Shown here: positions 19,611 to 28,240 of the stretch, one piece after another
Layout of the letters: each line of letters opens with the position of its first letter
Position numbering within the stretch: the first letter of the stretch is position 1
DNA from: Candidatus Omnitrophota bacterium
GTDB taxonomy: Bacteria > Omnitrophota > Gorgyraeia > 2-01-FULL-45-10
Direction: 5' to 3'
NCBI GenBank assembly: GCA_903843285.1
Contig: CAIMPC010000007.1
Span: 92,730-156,729, forward strand
Length of the DNA stretch: 64,000 bases
Program-made: the position numbers and the translations under genes
The notes under the pieces: generated by a model
What the model was told of the DNA's origin: nothing
The model's input: the letters and a program-made list of their open reading frames with translations, nothing else
The model's database searches: none

Positions 19611-20324
19611 ATGAGAAGCGAAAATGATCCCGGCAGGATCGATGCCGTAATCCTCTGCGGAGGTAGAGGCGAACGTCTTAAGCGGATAGTTAAAGATAGG
19701 CCGAAGCCGATGGCCGATATTAACGGACGGCCATTCCTTGACATGGTTATAGATCATTTGTCGGACTACGGCTTTAAGCGGGTGGTATTGTGCCTGGGCT
19801 ACAAGGCCGACGTGATCCGTAAGTATTATTCAGGAAGGCACAGCAAAATAGAGATACTTTTTTCTGCGGAAGCATTTCCTCTGGGCACGGCAGGGGCGAT
19901 TAAGAATGCGGAGGCACTGATAGGCAGCGATCCGTTTCTCGTCATGAATGGTGATTCATACTGCTCCATAAATCTGCAGCGTTTCATAGATTTCCATATA
20001 AAAAAGAAGAATGTTCTTTCGATGGCTTTAACCAGATCCGTTGAAAATGAAGATTGCGGCTTTGTTCGTCTGGATCGTTCGCGAAAGATCACCAGTTTTA
20101 ACGAAAAGAATCGCACCGATAAAGATAGATACGTGAATACCGGAATATACTTATTTTCTAAGAAAGCCCTTAAGTTAATACCGCCAGGAAAGAAAATATC
20201 CCTGGAATATGAGGTCATACCAAAAATATTGAACAAAAAAATCTACGGATTCGTAACGGATGAAAGATTGACGGACATAGGCACGCCTGGCAGGTACAGG
20301 AAAGCAAAGATATGTTTTAAATGA
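19611..20324 (+). CDS. hddC: Sugar-1-phosphate nucleotidyltransferase, heptose-1-phosphate guanylyltransferase-like
   Basis: ILCGGRGERL, PKPMA, PLGTAGAI, NGDS, DIGTP. Adjacent to hddA-like kinase. Confidence 0.8.
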   Translation: MRSENDPGRIDAVILCGGRGERLKRIVKDRPKPMADINGRPFLDMVIDHLSDYGFKRVVLCLGYKADVIRKYYSGRHSKIEILFSAEAFPLGTAGAIKNAEALIGSDPFLVMNGDSYCSINLQRFIDFHIKKKNVLSMALTRSVENEDCGFVRLDRSRKITSFNEKNRTDKDRYVNTGIYLFSKKALKLIPPGKKISLEYEVIPKILNKKIYGFVTDERLTDIGTPGRYRKAKICFK

Positions 20325-20364
20325 TTATTTTTGATCGGTTATCGGTAAGGAAATAACAGGAGAG

Positions 20365-21603
20365 ATGAGCGTGGCTGAAAAGAAGAACGGAAAGCGACCG
20401 GTCACAGTGCCTTTTGGGACTTTGTCGATTAATGGTAAGTCCAGGGCTCTGGTGAATAAGGTTCTCGACTCCAATAGGGTCTCTTGCGGAAAATATGTCA
20501 GAGAGTTCGAGAAGAGGTTTGCCGAGCTGGTCGGTGCTAAAGAAGCAGTTGCGCTAAGCTCAGGCACGGACGCAGACGCGCTTGCCCTGGCGGTGCTATA
20601 CGACTTCGGCGCGCATCGAGGGGACGAGGTCATAGTTCCGGCCCTGTCGTTCGTAGCAACGGGCAACGCGGTGCTGCAAGCCGGTTTTACTTCTGTCTTT
20701 GTCGACATTGAGAGAAATACACTAAATATAGACCCTTTAAAGATCGAAGCGGCGATCACTAATAAGACCAGGGCCCTGATGCCGGTGCACTTGATCGGTA
20801 AACCCGCAGCCATGGACGCGATAAATAGGATAGCTAAAAGGCATAAGCTCATAGTTATCGAAGACGCTGCAGAGGCGCATGGGGCGGAATACAAAGGACG
20901 TAATGCCGGCACGCTCGGTGACATGGCGGCCTTCAGCCTTTATGTGGCGCACATCATAACGTCGATCGAAGGCGGCATAGTCACAACCAACCGCAAAGAT
21001 TATGCGGAGATATTAAGGTCGCTTCGGTCGCATGGCCGGGCATGTAAATGCGATAAGTGCGTGCTCAATACCGCTTCAGCATATTGTGCCAAGAGATTTA
21101 AATACGGATCCAGTAATGATATAAGGTTTGTTTTTGAGCGCATAGGATATTCAAGTAAAATGAACGAATTGGAGGCCGCAATAGGCCTTGGCAACCTGAG
21201 CGACTACCACAGCATATTAGCTCGTAGGAGAAAGAACCTGGGTTATCTTACCGATAAGTTTAAAAGATTCGCTCCTTACTTGCTGACGATCGAGGCTGGT
21301 GCCAAAGAAAAAATAGGGCCGCACGCGTTTCCGGTGATAATCCAGGAGTGTGCTCCGTTCACCAGGGAAGATATGACCGCTTATCTGGAAAAAAATGGCG
21401 TTGAGACGAGAACATTATTTTCGTCTATGCCTACCCAGTGCCCCGGCTACAAATTTTTGGGTTACGAATTGGGTGATTTTCCGAATGCCGAGTATATAGG
21501 CAATAACGGATTTCATATAGGTGTCCATCAGGATCTGAAACAGAGGGAGCTGGATTACTTCCTCAAGTCTGTAGCGGATTTTTTGTCAGATAAAATAAGG
21601 TGA
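20365..21603 (+). CDS. DegT/DnrJ-family PLP enzyme with active-site His (ColD/RfbH-type 3-dehydratase-like)
   Basis: SSGTDA, EDAAEAHG, FSLYVAHIITSIEGG (His at the usual Lys position), HGRACKCDKC. Confidence 0.85.
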   Translation: MSVAEKKNGKRPVTVPFGTLSINGKSRALVNKVLDSNRVSCGKYVREFEKRFAELVGAKEAVALSSGTDADALALAVLYDFGAHRGDEVIVPALSFVATGNAVLQAGFTSVFVDIERNTLNIDPLKIEAAITNKTRALMPVHLIGKPAAMDAINRIAKRHKLIVIEDAAEAHGAEYKGRNAGTLGDMAAFSLYVAHIITSIEGGIVTTNRKDYAEILRSLRSHGRACKCDKCVLNTASAYCAKRFKYGSSNDIRFVFERIGYSSKMNELEAAIGLGNLSDYHSILARRRKNLGYLTDKFKRFAPYLLTIEAGAKEKIGPHAFPVIIQECAPFTREDMTAYLEKNGVETRTLFSSMPTQCPGYKFLGYELGDFPNAEYIGNNGFHIGVHQDLKQRELDYFLKSVADFLSDKIR

Positions 21604-21614
21604 CGTAAGATATT

Positions 21615-23885
21615 ATGGATAGAATCTCTGACAGAGCTGAATCGGTCGGGATCCCGAACCGGATCAAGACAATTTATGTATGCACAGCCGTTCTATTGAT
21701 AAGCGTATTTATAGCCCTGCTTTATCGTCCTATACAAGCCGCGTTTCACGAGCACGATCTCCTATTTATGATGCCTGTCATGTCTTCCATCCCGGCGGGC
21801 CAGTCTTTTTTTGAAAGTATAAAAGTATTTCTTTATAATCCGTACACGATGGTTTTCGGTGACCCATGGATGAATACTTATTTGTCAGTGGTGTTAGCCG
21901 TTTTTGGATTTCAAACAAAGTACTACATTTTTACGTCTATAGCGCTCCACTTTTTATGCGCTCTATTTTTGTATCTTGTCCTACGAATGATAGATTTTGA
22001 TTTCAGAGTTGCCTTTTTTTCGAGCCTCGTGTATTTAACGTTATTTATTCATTTCGGTTATTATTTCTTTCCCATGGCAACCCATCATGTCTTCGTGATC
22101 TTCTTTAGTTTACTGATCATGTACCTTTATTTTAGTACGATGAAAAAAATCGACGAAGATCGTAATTGGAGGTATTTGTTTTGGCTCACGATCTCCGCTA
22201 ACTTCCTGGCGTCTTTTTGCCAGATAACGATCCTTATTTTACCTATCGGCATTCTGTCGCACATTCTAATATCTTCAAATGACGTGGCGGATAGATTAAA
22301 AAAATACGATATCTGGATTCCTTTATTTATAACTTATTTAGGTTACCCTCTCTTGAGAACCGCTTACACGACGTTTCCGCATCTTAAGGTATTTCTTCAT
22401 AGACAAGGTGATGCCCCCGGAGGGCATTCATTGTATTTATTGCTTTTTCTGTCAGGTATCGGTTTGCTTTCTGTTCTTAGATATATTTTAAAGTTGTCCT
22501 GTAAGTATCATTTTGGCAGGATATTGAAGATTCTTTGTGTGTCGGCGATCGTGTCTTATATCGTCGCTTTTATTATCGTATTGGGCAGAAACGATCTGAT
22601 AACGCCGAGCAAGGTAAAATTATTTGATTGGCTGTCCCCGCTTAATATCTTTCGACCCATGGCGGTGATGCTCGAAGATTTTATTTTTCCTATTAAAGCG
22701 GCGTTTTCTACGGATTCAACCGTAATATTCAATGTCATGTCTAGGCATAGTGGCGCCATCGCCTTATCGTCAGCCGTATTTATGTGCGTTATTTTCATGA
22801 AGAAGTTTTTCTTCAGGCACAAAGGCCTTATAGTGATAATGATGTTTTATATCATCGCGCTTCGCTATATGCGAATTGAGACCTCTGTTATCCGGTCGCG
22901 ATATTTTATTTATGTGACGCCTCTGTTCTGTATCGTTTTCTGCTCTTCATTTATGTATATGTACGACCTTATCATTAAAAAGACCAGATTAAAAACGATC
23001 TTTCAGGAGTTCATTTTGGCTCTTATATTTATCGGGCTTTGCATACCGAATATCTTTGCTATAAAGACAGAATTATATAGAAGTAAATTCGTAAATAATT
23101 TTCTTTCGTATGATGATATCAGAGCAGCCTATATTATAAACAACGATATTAATACTTCGGGCTCCATAAGGCTCATTAGTCCGGAAAATATATTTATTGA
23201 GGGTGTTCAGCCCATGCCGTTCATTTTTAACGAGCTTTACACCCTTGAGCTGGAGGACCATTTGAAATATGATCCATTCAGATATGTCTTAGCCCAGACG
23301 CTTGACAATAGATCAGTGCTTCATGTAAGTGTCAATATGGGTAAGCCGGGCGATATGAAAGGAAAATTGTTATTTAATATTAGTGGGCCCAGGATATACG
23401 ATTCAAAAGGCTTAAATATTGACAGATTTAGCTCGTGTTTTGACGATGCTATGCGAGAGCTGAGGCTTGGCGATTACAAAAAGGCCTATGTGCTGTTCAG
23501 GAAAGCCATTGGGATGAGGCCATTTTTGCTGAATTATATATTATCCAAGAACGACTTGAAAGAGCTGAAATGTATTACTGGCGAACGTGACCTAAAAAGC
23601 TGGGTTAAAGTTATAGTGAATTATTATGAGACCACCGGTGGTAATGAAAAGAAAGCGATGAGTAACTCAGCTCTTATTAACGATGAGATAGACGAGTATA
23701 TTAGATGCATTGTTTACGCGGCATATTTAAGCTATATTGCCGGTGAGCGGGAAGAAGGCAATAGGCTCTTGGAGCAGATAAGATACATTGAAAATGACCA
23801 GAATAAGGTACTGGCATTATTGAATAATGAGTCATCAATCCAGTCTGAGCATATCTTACAAGCGTTTTCCTCGAATAGTCCTTAA
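21615..23885 (+). CDS. Large polytopic membrane protein, GT-C-like candidate with helical (TPR-like) C-terminus
   Basis: About 13 hydrophobic segments, EHD after TM1, SRYFIY motif, soluble helical C-terminus. Confidence 0.55.
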   Translation: MDRISDRAESVGIPNRIKTIYVCTAVLLISVFIALLYRPIQAAFHEHDLLFMMPVMSSIPAGQSFFESIKVFLYNPYTMVFGDPWMNTYLSVVLAVFGFQTKYYIFTSIALHFLCALFLYLVLRMIDFDFRVAFFSSLVYLTLFIHFGYYFFPMATHHVFVIFFSLLIMYLYFSTMKKIDEDRNWRYLFWLTISANFLASFCQITILILPIGILSHILISSNDVADRLKKYDIWIPLFITYLGYPLLRTAYTTFPHLKVFLHRQGDAPGGHSLYLLLFLSGIGLLSVLRYILKLSCKYHFGRILKILCVSAIVSYIVAFIIVLGRNDLITPSKVKLFDWLSPLNIFRPMAVMLEDFIFPIKAAFSTDSTVIFNVMSRHSGAIALSSAVFMCVIFMKKFFFRHKGLIVIMMFYIIALRYMRIETSVIRSRYFIYVTPLFCIVFCSSFMYMYDLIIKKTRLKTIFQEFILALIFIGLCIPNIFAIKTELYRSKFVNNFLSYDDIRAAYIINNDINTSGSIRLISPENIFIEGVQPMPFIFNELYTLELEDHLKYDPFRYVLAQTLDNRSVLHVSVNMGKPGDMKGKLLFNISGPRIYDSKGLNIDRFSSCFDDAMRELRLGDYKKAYVLFRKAIGMRPFLLNYILSKNDLKELKCITGERDLKSWVKVIVNYYETTGGNEKKAMSNSALINDEIDEYIRCIVYAAYLSYIAGEREEGNRLLEQIRYIENDQNKVLALLNNESSIQSEHILQAFSSNSP

Positions 23886-23928
23886 CTTGCTTCCCGGCAA
23901 ATATTTGCAGTCAAAAGACATTATTATA

Positions 23929-23957
23929 TTGACAAAGTTATCGGCAGATAGTATTAT
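23929..23957 (+). promoter_or_regulatory. sigma70-like promoter
   Basis: TTGACA (23929-23934), 17-bp spacer, TATTAT (23952-23957). Confidence 0.75.
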
Positions 23958-23983
23958 CGTTTAGAACGTTATAAACGATAATA
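23952..23983. promoter_or_regulatory. Palindromic operator, copy 2
   Basis: TATTATCGTTTAGAACGTTATAAACGATAATA is a 32-bp inverted repeat with one mismatched pair. Its core 23956-23979 matches 992-1015. Confidence 0.8.
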
Positions 23984-23993
23984 AGGATAAATT

Positions 23994-24488
23994 ATGCATA
24001 ATAAGCTTGAAATGGCACAAGATAAGTTTATGGAGGGCATAGGTAAGCTGGCGGAAAGTGTTGGCGTTAGCCGCTTTATCGCCCAGTTATACGCAGTTCT
24101 ATATCTAAGTGATAGGCCTTTATCCCTGGATGATCTAGTTGAACGTCTAAAAGCAAGCAAAGGCAATATAAGCCTCAATATAAGGGAGCTTGAAAAGTGG
24201 GGAGGCGTTAAGAACATTTGGGTTAAAGGCTCACGCAAGGACTATTATGAAGCGGACCCCGATATTAAGAAATTTGTTCTTAAGAAGATCAGGTCCGGGG
24301 TCCAGAAAAGGATAGGGCAGGTTACGGATATGATGGATGAGTTTAAAGAATTGATAAACTCCGGTAATGATGAAATGGGTGACGAAGATAAGATGATAGT
24401 AAAAACGTATCATGAAAAACTGAAGAATATTGAAAATATGAAGAGCCTGGCCGACAAAGCGCTTATGCTGGCCGATAAATTATTATAA
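23994..24488 (+). CDS. GbsR/MarR-family transcriptional regulator
   Basis: AQLYAVLYLSDRPLSLDDLVERLKASKGNISLNIRELEKWGGV...GSRKDYYEA winged-helix signature. Confidence 0.87.
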   Translation: MHNKLEMAQDKFMEGIGKLAESVGVSRFIAQLYAVLYLSDRPLSLDDLVERLKASKGNISLNIRELEKWGGVKNIWVKGSRKDYYEADPDIKKFVLKKIRSGVQKRIGQVTDMMDEFKELINSGNDEMGDEDKMIVKTYHEKLKNIENMKSLADKALMLADKLL

Positions 24489-24494
24489 GTGCGT

Positions 24495-25556
24495 ATGAAA
24501 AAGACGAGAAAAACATGTAAGCAGAATGAAATAAGAATAGGCAAGAGACAAGTCGGTGCCGCCTATCCTCCGCTAGTGATCGCCGAGATAGGCATTAATC
24601 ACGAGGGAGTATTCGAAAAGGCCGTCAAGATGATAGACGACGCTGCCAGGGTAGGGTGCGAGTGCGTTAAGTTCCAGTCTCATATTATTGATGATGAGAT
24701 GATCCCGAATCGGGTTATCCCGGCAAACGCGAAAGAATCGATATGGGAGATAATGGATCGTTGTGCCCTGTCGGAGAATGAAGAGGCCAAGCTGAAAGAA
24801 TATACCGAATCAAAAGGGATGATATTCTTAAGTACGCCTTTTTCCAGGGCCGCGGCAGAGAGATTGAAAAGGATCGGACTTGCTGCCTATAAGATAGGAT
24901 CTGGAGAGTGCAATAATTACCCGCTGGTCGAACACATATCCCGATATGGCAAACCGGTGATCCTTTCGACAGGAATGAATAATATTAAAAGCATAGGGAG
25001 ATCCGTAAGGATATTGAATGATGCCGATGTTCCGCTTGCTATCATGCACTGCACAAGTATGTACCCTACCCCTTACAATAAGATCCGTCTGGGAGCTATC
25101 GCCGAGCTTAAAGCTGCGTTCCCGATAGCGGTGGTGGGGCTATCCGATCACTCGCTATCTAACTATCCCTGTCTTGCGGCTGTGGCTCTAGGGGCTAGCC
25201 TTATTGAAAGGCATTTTACATCCGATAAGAGATGGCCTGGACCCGATATTCCAATTTCAATGGATCCGAAAGAGCTAAGGGAGCTTATCGAGGGCAGTAG
25301 GGCAATTCACGAAAGCCTTGGCGGGTCCAAGAATATACTGAAAGAGGAGCAGCCCACAATAGATTTTGCCTATGCCTGCGTAGTAGCTACGCGCGATATT
25401 GCGGCCGGGGAGCGTTTCAGCGCTGACAATATTTGGGTTAAACGGCCTGGCACCGGGCAGATAAAGGCAGAACACTATAACAGAGTTCTGAATAAGAGAG
25501 CCAGGTCAGAGATAAAGAAGAACGAGCAAATCGTGTGGAGCAAAATAGATGGCTAA
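24495..25556 (+). CDS. neuB: N-acetylneuraminate synthase with C-terminal SAF domain
   Basis: IAEIGINHEG, STPFSRAAA, KIGSGECNNYPL, GLSDH, VKRPGTG. Resembles Campylobacter NeuB1/Neisseria SiaC. Confidence 0.92.
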   Translation: MKKTRKTCKQNEIRIGKRQVGAAYPPLVIAEIGINHEGVFEKAVKMIDDAARVGCECVKFQSHIIDDEMIPNRVIPANAKESIWEIMDRCALSENEEAKLKEYTESKGMIFLSTPFSRAAAERLKRIGLAAYKIGSGECNNYPLVEHISRYGKPVILSTGMNNIKSIGRSVRILNDADVPLAIMHCTSMYPTPYNKIRLGAIAELKAAFPIAVVGLSDHSLSNYPCLAAVALGASLIERHFTSDKRWPGPDIPISMDPKELRELIEGSRAIHESLGGSKNILKEEQPTIDFAYACVVATRDIAAGERFSADNIWVKRPGTGQIKAEHYNRVLNKRARSEIKKNEQIVWSKIDG

Positions 25557-25602
25557 GCAGATACTATTTAAGTAGTCGGTTTATGTTGAAGGAGCTATAA
25601 AG

Positions 25603-27084
25603 ATGAGCATTAAAATTCTCTTAATATCCTGTGCCTGTCCCGAACCGTCATCCCCATCGCTGGGGGTTACGTCAATAGCGACCCATCTATTATCAAAAGG
25701 AATCGAGACCAGGGTGTTTGATGATGGGCCCTATATGTTGGATATTGCCGATGTGAAAACTGACCCTCGCGAGCTGATATTGTCTGTTCAAAAAACCGAT
25801 TCAATGCAGCTTTACCGGCTCGATTACGACAAACGATTTTCAGATCTACTTGCCATGGTGAAAGAGTTCAAGCCCGATCTGATAGGAGCGTCGTCGACTG
25901 AGGCTACATTTTATAACGCCATTGCCTATTTCAAAAAAATTAAAGAATGCCACCCTAATATTAAGACAATGCTTGGAGGCGCTTTTGCGATACTTGCGCC
26001 GGACATAGCGATCGCACAGGAAAGTGTGGATATGGTCGCGCTTGGCGAAGGAGAAACGATCCTTGAGGAGTATTGCATGCGCAGCGCATCCGACGATAAT
26101 CCTATCGATACAAAAGGCATATGGGCCAAGGATCCGGATGGCAAGATTCACAAAAATGCGATGTCAGAGCTGACTGCTATTGATAAGACTCCACCGCTTA
26201 AGTTTGATCTGTATCCTGCTAAGAGGCTCTTGCGCCCGATAAGCGGTGCAGTGAGGCGGATGCTTCCTCTTGAGGTAAGCCGCGGTTGCATGTATAACTG
26301 TACCTATTGCGGATCGTCGGGCATGGCTTCCAAGTTTAAGCTTCAAGGCAACTGGAACCGCTTTAAGAGCATAGAGAGCATAGAAGAGGCCATAGGGGCG
26401 TATGTGAAGCTCTATCGTCCGGAGTATTTCTTTGTTATCTCGGAAACATTTTTAGCGATGAAAGATGATTATTTTGACAGATTTATAAGGATGTACGGTA
26501 AATTTAAAGTACCGTTCTGGATGAATACCAGGCCCGAAACTATAAGTGAAGACAGGATAATGCGACTGAAGGAAGTAGGACTAGAGAGGGTAAGCGTCGG
26601 AGTAGAATGCGGGAATGAGTCATACCGGAGGGAACGTCTCAACCGTAAGCATTCGAACGCGCTTCTTATAAAAGTATTTGAGATTCTGAGAAAATATGAT
26701 CTCAAGACGTCGGCGAATGTGATGATCGGCCTTCCGGACGAAACGCGTGAGCTAATATTCGACTCGATTAGGTTAGTCAAGCTTCTCAAGGCTTCGGGCT
26801 TGGGATTAGCTATATACCAGCCATACAAAGGGACAGCTCTTTATAATCATGTTATTGAGAAAGGGTATTATGATCCTGCCAAGATAGCTGATACGACATG
26901 TTACACCCCTAGCATCTTCAATCCTAATTTATCAAACAAGGAAATAATGAAGTTTCTTTATATTTTTAATCTATACGTCAAGATGGATGAGGCGGAATGG
27001 CCCAAACTGGATAGTATCGATCTTGAGACAGAACGGGGATGGCCGCGACTAAAAGAATTGTTGGAGCAGTATGCTTCCTGTTGA
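25603..27084 (+). CDS. Cobalamin-binding radical SAM protein (3 of 8)
   Basis: LGGAFA, GEGE, SRGCMYNCTYC, GVECG, GLPDET. Confidence 0.9.
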   Translation: MSIKILLISCACPEPSSPSLGVTSIATHLLSKGIETRVFDDGPYMLDIADVKTDPRELILSVQKTDSMQLYRLDYDKRFSDLLAMVKEFKPDLIGASSTEATFYNAIAYFKKIKECHPNIKTMLGGAFAILAPDIAIAQESVDMVALGEGETILEEYCMRSASDDNPIDTKGIWAKDPDGKIHKNAMSELTAIDKTPPLKFDLYPAKRLLRPISGAVRRMLPLEVSRGCMYNCTYCGSSGMASKFKLQGNWNRFKSIESIEEAIGAYVKLYRPEYFFVISETFLAMKDDYFDRFIRMYGKFKVPFWMNTRPETISEDRIMRLKEVGLERVSVGVECGNESYRRERLNRKHSNALLIKVFEILRKYDLKTSANVMIGLPDETRELIFDSIRLVKLLKASGLGLAIYQPYKGTALYNHVIEKGYYDPAKIADTTCYTPSIFNPNLSNKEIMKFLYIFNLYVKMDEAEWPKLDSIDLETERGWPRLKELLEQYASC

Positions 27085-27111
27085 ACTTAAAGAATTGACG
27101 GAGGTGTGTAG

Positions 27112-28236
27112 TTGATCAGGAGAATATTCTTCATAACGGGTACGAGGGCTGATTTTGGTAAGCTGAAACCGCTTATAAAAGCCATGCAGAACGATAAGGA
27201 GCTTGAGCCGTATATCTTTGTTACGGGGATGCACATGTATCCCAAGTACGGTTTTACGGGCGAAGAGGTTGCGGGGTGCGGTTTTAAAAATATCTTTAAC
27301 TATATAAACCAGAAGCCGAACGATAGCATGGACACTATCCTCGCTAACACTATCCTGGGTTTAAGCAATTACCTTGTAATTCAAAAGCCTGATATGGTCG
27401 TGATCCATGGCGACCGCGTCGAAGCGCTTGCGGGCGCTATAGTCGGCGCGCTTAATAATATCATAGTTGCGCATATAGAGGGCGGTGAGATCTCGGGTAC
27501 AATCGATGAGTCGATCCGTCACGCTGTATCTAAGCTGGCGCATCTCCACTTTGTATCCAATAACCAGGCGAAGAAGAGGCTTCTTCAGATGGGTGAGTCT
27601 GAGCGCAACATTTACGTTATCGGTTCACCGGATATAGATCTGATGTTATCACCCGACTTGATTAGCATATCGGAAGTAAAGAGACATTATGACATACCTT
27701 TCAAGCGGTACGCTATTCTTGCCTATCACCCGGTCACTACGAGCCTCCACGCGTTAATAAAGAACACACGTGAGCTTCTGAAGGCTGTGATTGATTCCGG
27801 GGAGAATTATGTGGTGATCTATCCGAATAATGATCCCGGAGCGGACATTATCTTGGAAGAGTATGCTATGCTCAAAAATAACAGTCAATTAAGGATATTT
27901 CCGTCTATCAGATTTGAGTATTTCCTTACGCTGTTGAAGAATTGTGAATTCATAATTGGAAATTCAAGCGCCGGAATACGGGAGGCACCATTCTATGCTG
28001 TGCCCACCATCAATGTCGGCAGCCGTCAGAAAGGGCGTTTTTCATACGAAACTATAATTGATGTTGACGACTCCGCCGAGGCCATACTTGCGGCCGTTGG
28101 AAGGGTTAAAAAGGTGAAGGGGGTCAGTTCCAATCATTTTGGTGACGGCAAAAGTAGCGAGAAGTTCTTAAAGGTTCTCCGTGAAGATCAAACGTGGAAT
28201 GTTACTATACAGAAGTTTTTTATGGACAGGGTCTAA
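27112..28236 (+). CDS. neuC: UDP-N-acetylglucosamine 2-epimerase (hydrolysing)
   Basis: TGTRADFG, HGDRVEA, HIEGGEISGTIDESIRHAVSK, GNSSAG. TTG start with GGAGGTG SD. Confidence 0.92.
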   Translation: MIRRIFFITGTRADFGKLKPLIKAMQNDKELEPYIFVTGMHMYPKYGFTGEEVAGCGFKNIFNYINQKPNDSMDTILANTILGLSNYLVIQKPDMVVIHGDRVEALAGAIVGALNNIIVAHIEGGEISGTIDESIRHAVSKLAHLHFVSNNQAKKRLLQMGESERNIYVIGSPDIDLMLSPDLISISEVKRHYDIPFKRYAILAYHPVTTSLHALIKNTRELLKAVIDSGENYVVIYPNNDPGADIILEEYAMLKNNSQLRIFPSIRFEYFLTLLKNCEFIIGNSSAGIREAPFYAVPTINVGSRQKGRFSYETIIDVDDSAEAILAAVGRVKKVKGVSSNHFGDGKSSEKFLKVLREDQTWNVTIQKFFMDRV

Positions 28237-28240
28237 AAAT

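Noticed and set aside
23897-23908. Perfect 12-bp palindrome GCAAATATTTGC upstream of the regulator promoter
   Set aside because: Single short AT-rich occurrence that could be chance. No U-tract, so not called a terminator.
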